Source: a bacterium | GTDB lineage: Bacteria > Bacillota > DTU030 > JBMNJR01 | Direction: 5' to 3' | DNA length: 64,000 nucleotides | Assembly: GCA_050951765.1 (NCBI GenBank) | Contig: JBMNJR010000008.1 | Location: 54,795 to 118,794, forward strand | In this document: positions 60,678 to 64,000 of the stretch, piece by piece | Position numbering within the stretch: the first letter of the stretch is position 1 | Layout of the letters: each line of letters begins with the position of its first letter | Notes under the pieces: model-generated | Told to the model about the DNA's origin: nothing | The model's database searches: none | What the model saw: the letters and a program-made list of their open reading frames with translations, nothing else | Translations under genes and position numbers: made by a program

Positions 60678-60712
60678 ATGCGTTGCATTTTTATGACGGG
60701 GGAGGCATAGAT

Positions 60713-61045
60713 ATGAACTGGAAATGTACAGTCTGTAATTTAATCCGGCAAGGCGAAAGTCCGCCGGAGAAATGCCCTAAATGCGGTGTGCCAGGTTCAA
60801 AGTATGTACAAATGAGCAAAGAAGAATGGGATTTAGTAGAGCGCTCCCGCTACACAAATGCATTACATATAGAATTACTTACTATTTTTCCTAGGTTGAT
60901 AGAAATTGCAAAAAAAGGGCTCGAAGACAATTTGGATCCTAGATGTGTTGATTTATTTGCGCATTTACTTAAAGAGGCATCCTTCCTAGAAAGCTCAACA
61001 AAAGCAGAAATAGAAGGCCATATGAAAAAAGGAAAATGGGGATAA
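60713..61045 (+). CDS. Hypothetical protein with N-terminal rubredoxin-like zinc ribbon
   Basis: WKCTVCNL...EKCPKCGV four-Cys knuckles then a helical domain; start ATG 60713 with RBS GGGGGAGG. Confidence 0.5.
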   Translation: MNWKCTVCNLIRQGESPPEKCPKCGVPGSKYVQMSKEEWDLVERSRYTNALHIELLTIFPRLIEIAKKGLEDNLDPRCVDLFAHLLKEASFLESSTKAEIEGHMKKGKWG

Positions 61046-61182
61046 AAAGGTATTAAATAGGAGGTTTAAATATGCCAGAAGAATTCAAGATCGGATGCCA
61101 AAGGCCCCCTCTAAATAATAAAGACAATAACAAGCAAGTCTCTAACATCGAAGGGCAACCTGTGTTAAAGGAGGAACAATCC

Positions 61183-61794
61183 ATGGTTAAGGTTGGTAAA
61201 TCAGCACCGGAATTTACTGCTCCTGCATTCTATCAAGGAAAGTTTATGAATGTAAGTCTTTCCGAGTATATCGGCAAATGGGTATTGTTGTGCTTCTATC
61301 CCGGTGACTTTACCTTCGTCTGAGCAACAGAAATTTCAGCAGTTGCTGAAAAGCACCAAGAGCTGCAAGATTTAGGGGTGGAAATATTATCTGTTAGTGT
61401 AGACAGCGTATTTGTTCACAAAATGTGGAACGATCATGAACTGTCCAAAATGATTAATGGCAATATCCCATTCCCTATGTTATCCGACCAAGACGGCAGT
61501 ATCGGTAAAAAATATGGCATTTATGATGAAGATGCAGGAGTTGAAACAAGAGGAAGATTTATTATTGACCCTGATGGTATTATCCAGGGGTTTGAAGTAT
61601 TAACACCTCCGGTGGGCAGAAATGTAAGTGAATCCATTCGCCAAATTCAAGCATTTCAACTGGTCCGTGCTGCAGGAGGAGCCGAAGCAACACCCTCAGG
61701 CTGGAAGCCTGGCAAGAAGACTCTCAAGCCAAATCCCGAACTTGTGGGTAATGTTTGGAAAGAGTGGAAGGTAAGCGAAGCCTTTGAAGATTAG
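61183..61794 (+). CDS. Peroxiredoxin (AhpC/Prx family) with in-frame TGA at the peroxidatic position (predicted selenocysteine)
   Basis: RBS AAAGGAGG plus ATG 61183; ...FYPGDFTFV[TGA][11 protein letters not shown]...[13 protein letters not shown]; the TGA at 61321..61323 replaces the Cys of the FTFVCPTE motif; C-terminal EATPSGW lacks the resolving Cys of AhpC. Confidence 0.75.
61324..61350 (+). promoter_or_regulatory. SECIS-like hairpin downstream of the UGA
   Basis: Stem TTCAGC/GCTGAA with AGTT loop, beginning 11 nt after the TGA. Confidence 0.55.
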
Positions 61795-61886
61795 TTGATT
61801 TATTGCGACAAGGGCACATAATGAATAACAAACCATGTGCCCTTGTCTTGATATAAACATTTTCTCCCTGAGTCTGCGCAAGTTTA

Positions 61887-62066
61887 TCAGTACGGAAAAT
61901 GGGACGCTGTGGAGTTTAACCTAATATCGATAGTTTCATTATACATTGCCGTTTCTGCAACAACTTCTATCCCGGCTGCAGCAGCCAAGTTACTTAACTC
62001 TTCCATTGAATAAATAAAATCCGCCTGATTGTTTAAATTAACACCTACAACTATACCTTTTACCAT
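61887..62066 (-). pseudogene. GTPase HflX N-terminal remnant
   Basis: Strong RBS GGAGG plus ATG; VVGVNLNNQADFIYSMEELSNLAAAAGIEVVAE matches the HflX N-domain, then diverges and stops after 59 codons. Confidence 0.35.
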
Positions 62067-62197
62067 TTTGAGCCTCCAGTAATATCAAAATAAAAGACAC
62101 AGACCCACCCGTCTGTGCCCTTAGTACTGGTAAGAGTAGCTTAATTGTAACATGCTGATTAGTTATTTACAACATTACACCAATGGTAAATGAAGAT

Positions 62198-62593
62198 TCA
62201 ACGTGCACCTAGAGTAATGCCTAGAACAATAATTGCAGCAAAAAACGCAAATACAACCCCGATAATAATCAGAGCTAGTTTTGTTTCCGTAAGGCCAAAT
62301 TGAGTACGATACGGATCTATTTCGCTATAGCCATCTTTCTCCCGCATCTTCAAGGGACGTTTAAAACGCACCCGCTGATCATCAAATTTCTCTAGCAATT
62401 CCCATCCATTCTCAGCTTCTTCTTGACAAAGCTGTCGCAACCTCTCGCCGGTTATTTTTCCTGCAGAACGAACAATCTTAAATTCCCACCCGTTGAGGTC
62501 TTGATCACTATAACCAGTCAAGCGTTCTTCCTCCTCACGCAATTTTGCTTGCTGCGCTGCCACTGCAGCACCGACGGCAGCTCCGGCAGCCAT
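62198..62593 (-). CDS. Hypothetical protein with C-terminal TM anchor
   Basis: 131 aa; soluble domain with GWE motifs and one C-terminal TM helix. Confidence 0.45.
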   Translation of the reverse strand: MAAGAAVGAAVAAQQAKLREEEERLTGYSDQDLNGWEFKIVRSAGKITGERLRQLCQEEAENGWELLEKFDDQRVRFKRPLKMREKDGYSEIDPYRTQFGLTETKLALIIIGVVFAFFAAIIVLGITLGAR

Positions 62594-62691
62594 AGCATTA
62601 CCTCCTCTCCACCAATAAAGAAACCCAATATCATTATCTTTTCACCAAATATTGGCTAGTTCCTGTTGCCAAGGTGGAAGACATCTGATAG

Positions 62692-63918
62692 TTACTCATC
62701 CAACAGCCTTTTTTCGCCGGTAATTTCCTGTAGCGGTTTGATGTCTTGCGTTACCTCCATTGTCCCAATATACTCCCCTGCTTCGTTTCTAACAGCAAAA
62801 TAACGGATCAAAACATACTTATCTCCCATTTGAAGCCAAAAGTCTTCCTGATCTTTCTTCCCAGCCATTAAATCCGCAACTATCTTCTCCACTATGTGCA
62901 CGCTGGCGGGCGGATGGCAATTTTGCACCTTCCGGCCAATAATAGTTTTAGGTCGGGCAAAGATCCGCTCCTTCCCTTGAGAGAAATACTTCACCACGCC
63001 ATCTTTATCCACAAAAGTTATATCCACAGGCAAAGTATTCAAAATCCCATTTATTTCTTCCGGTAGAAGCATACCAGTGGGGAATTTTATATACCCCTCA
63101 GTAGCGGGCTGTTCTCCTTCTGCCTTTAGTTTTTTCTCTACATCTACTCGAACCGGCTGCCATTTTTGTTGGGGTTCTATCAGGCAATATCCGAACTCTT
63201 GGCTTTCTTCCGCAATTTCTATCCATTCATCTTCCGCTAAGGTGTCCAGTGCCATGGGAAACAATATGCTTTCTTCTTTATAAATCATTTCCTTGATTTT
63301 ATCTATGGCTTCCCTAGCTCTTGCCAATATTTTTTCCTTATTTTCTTCCGCTGCAGTCAATAACTGCCTAACCTCTTTAATTGCATCCCTAATCTCATCA
63401 TCCACACCCCACATTACCTTCGGTGGGGCTGTAATACCATACTTTTCTAAATAAGGGAACAATAAGTTTTCTTTGCGCCCATAATGCTTGTCGATTTCCC
63501 ACAGCAGATCAAAATCTTCCTGTAGTGCCTGTGCGTTTGCCTGCGTATCTTTCCGGAAGTTTTTCATATGTACCTGAATTCTATTTTGAATCAACTTCTC
63601 CAATTCCCTATTCTCCAACTTAAAGGTATGAATGGGGTGACCGGGAATATCCTCCGGCTTTTGGTCCCGATGAATTTCAGCAATCGAGCCTTTAAAAACT
63701 GCCGCATGCACGTCACATAACCTTTGTATTTCCTCCACCGGCATCCCCTCATTGATCAATGCCTGCTCCATCTCCGATATTTCTGTAGGAGAGATACCTG
63801 CAATAACTTCAGCAAACCTGGATTTAACCTCCTCCACACTTTTCCCGCTATGCAATTCATTAATAAGCTGTTTTAATACCTGCTGCCTGTACTCCCGGTT
63901 ATTAATCAGCTCACTCAT
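62692..63918 (-). CDS. DUF438-type protein with hemerythrin-like and C-terminal PAS domains
   Basis: C-terminal PAS-like region (FVDKDGVVKYFSQGKERIF...); start ATG 63918 with RBS AAAGGAGG; ORF track extends to 63993. Confidence 0.65.
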   Translation of the reverse strand: MSELINNREYRQQVLKQLINELHSGKSVEEVKSRFAEVIAGISPTEISEMEQALINEGMPVEEIQRLCDVHAAVFKGSIAEIHRDQKPEDIPGHPIHTFKLENRELEKLIQNRIQVHMKNFRKDTQANAQALQEDFDLLWEIDKHYGRKENLLFPYLEKYGITAPPKVMWGVDDEIRDAIKEVRQLLTAAEENKEKILARAREAIDKIKEMIYKEESILFPMALDTLAEDEWIEIAEESQEFGYCLIEPQQKWQPVRVDVEKKLKAEGEQPATEGYIKFPTGMLLPEEINGILNTLPVDITFVDKDGVVKYFSQGKERIFARPKTIIGRKVQNCHPPASVHIVEKIVADLMAGKKDQEDFWLQMGDKYVLIRYFAVRNEAGEYIGTMEVTQDIKPLQEITGEKRLLDE

Positions 63919-64000
63919 AAGATCGCCTCCTTTAATGATATTCTCTCCGCAGTGAATTATTCTATAAGTTGGAATTCTACAGAAAAAATTCAATCCCTTT

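Noticed and set aside
1-64000. rRNA genes, prophage, or conjugative element
   Set aside because: No rRNA-like conserved stretches, no phage structural or integrase genes, and no conjugation genes were seen; mobile DNA is limited to IS elements and small repeats.

Overview
This 64 kb window looks like chromosomal DNA from an endospore-forming anaerobic Firmicute (Clostridia-like), judged from ytrH/ytrI next to dnaE, a SepF-like gene and selenoprotein genes. It is gene-dense and mostly minus-strand. Housekeeping content includes dnaE, pyk, proB, alr, an aspartate aminotransferase, queG, nth, thrC with a phosphoglycerate-mutase-like partner, lgt, cobO, and a thiW-thiD-thiM-thiE operon behind a TPP riboswitch. 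Two tRNAs are present: tRNA-Leu(CAA) and tRNA-Ala(CGC). The most notable feature is a redox cluster at 60.1-61.8 kb in which two genes carry in-frame TGA codons at catalytic-Cys positions (an Spx/ArsC-family UxxC protein and a peroxiredoxin), each followed by a SECIS-like hairpin; the ORF track splits both, and the adjacent rubredoxin is below its size cut-off. Two dispersed intergenic repeat families occur in at least five intergenic regions, including one complete 248 bp MITE-like copy with perfect 18 bp terminal inverted repeats. There are also several decayed loci: a truncated IS21 sitting between the two halves of an ISNCY-type transposase gene, a fragmented ISLre2-type transposase beside tRNA-Ala, a decayed creatininase paralog fused to an ABC ATPase remnant, and a phosphoglucomutase gene with both a frameshift and an in-frame TAG. 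All calls rest on reading the sequence and the supplied ORF translations by eye; no database search or folding was run, and coordinates of RNA and repeat features are approximate to a few nucleotides.
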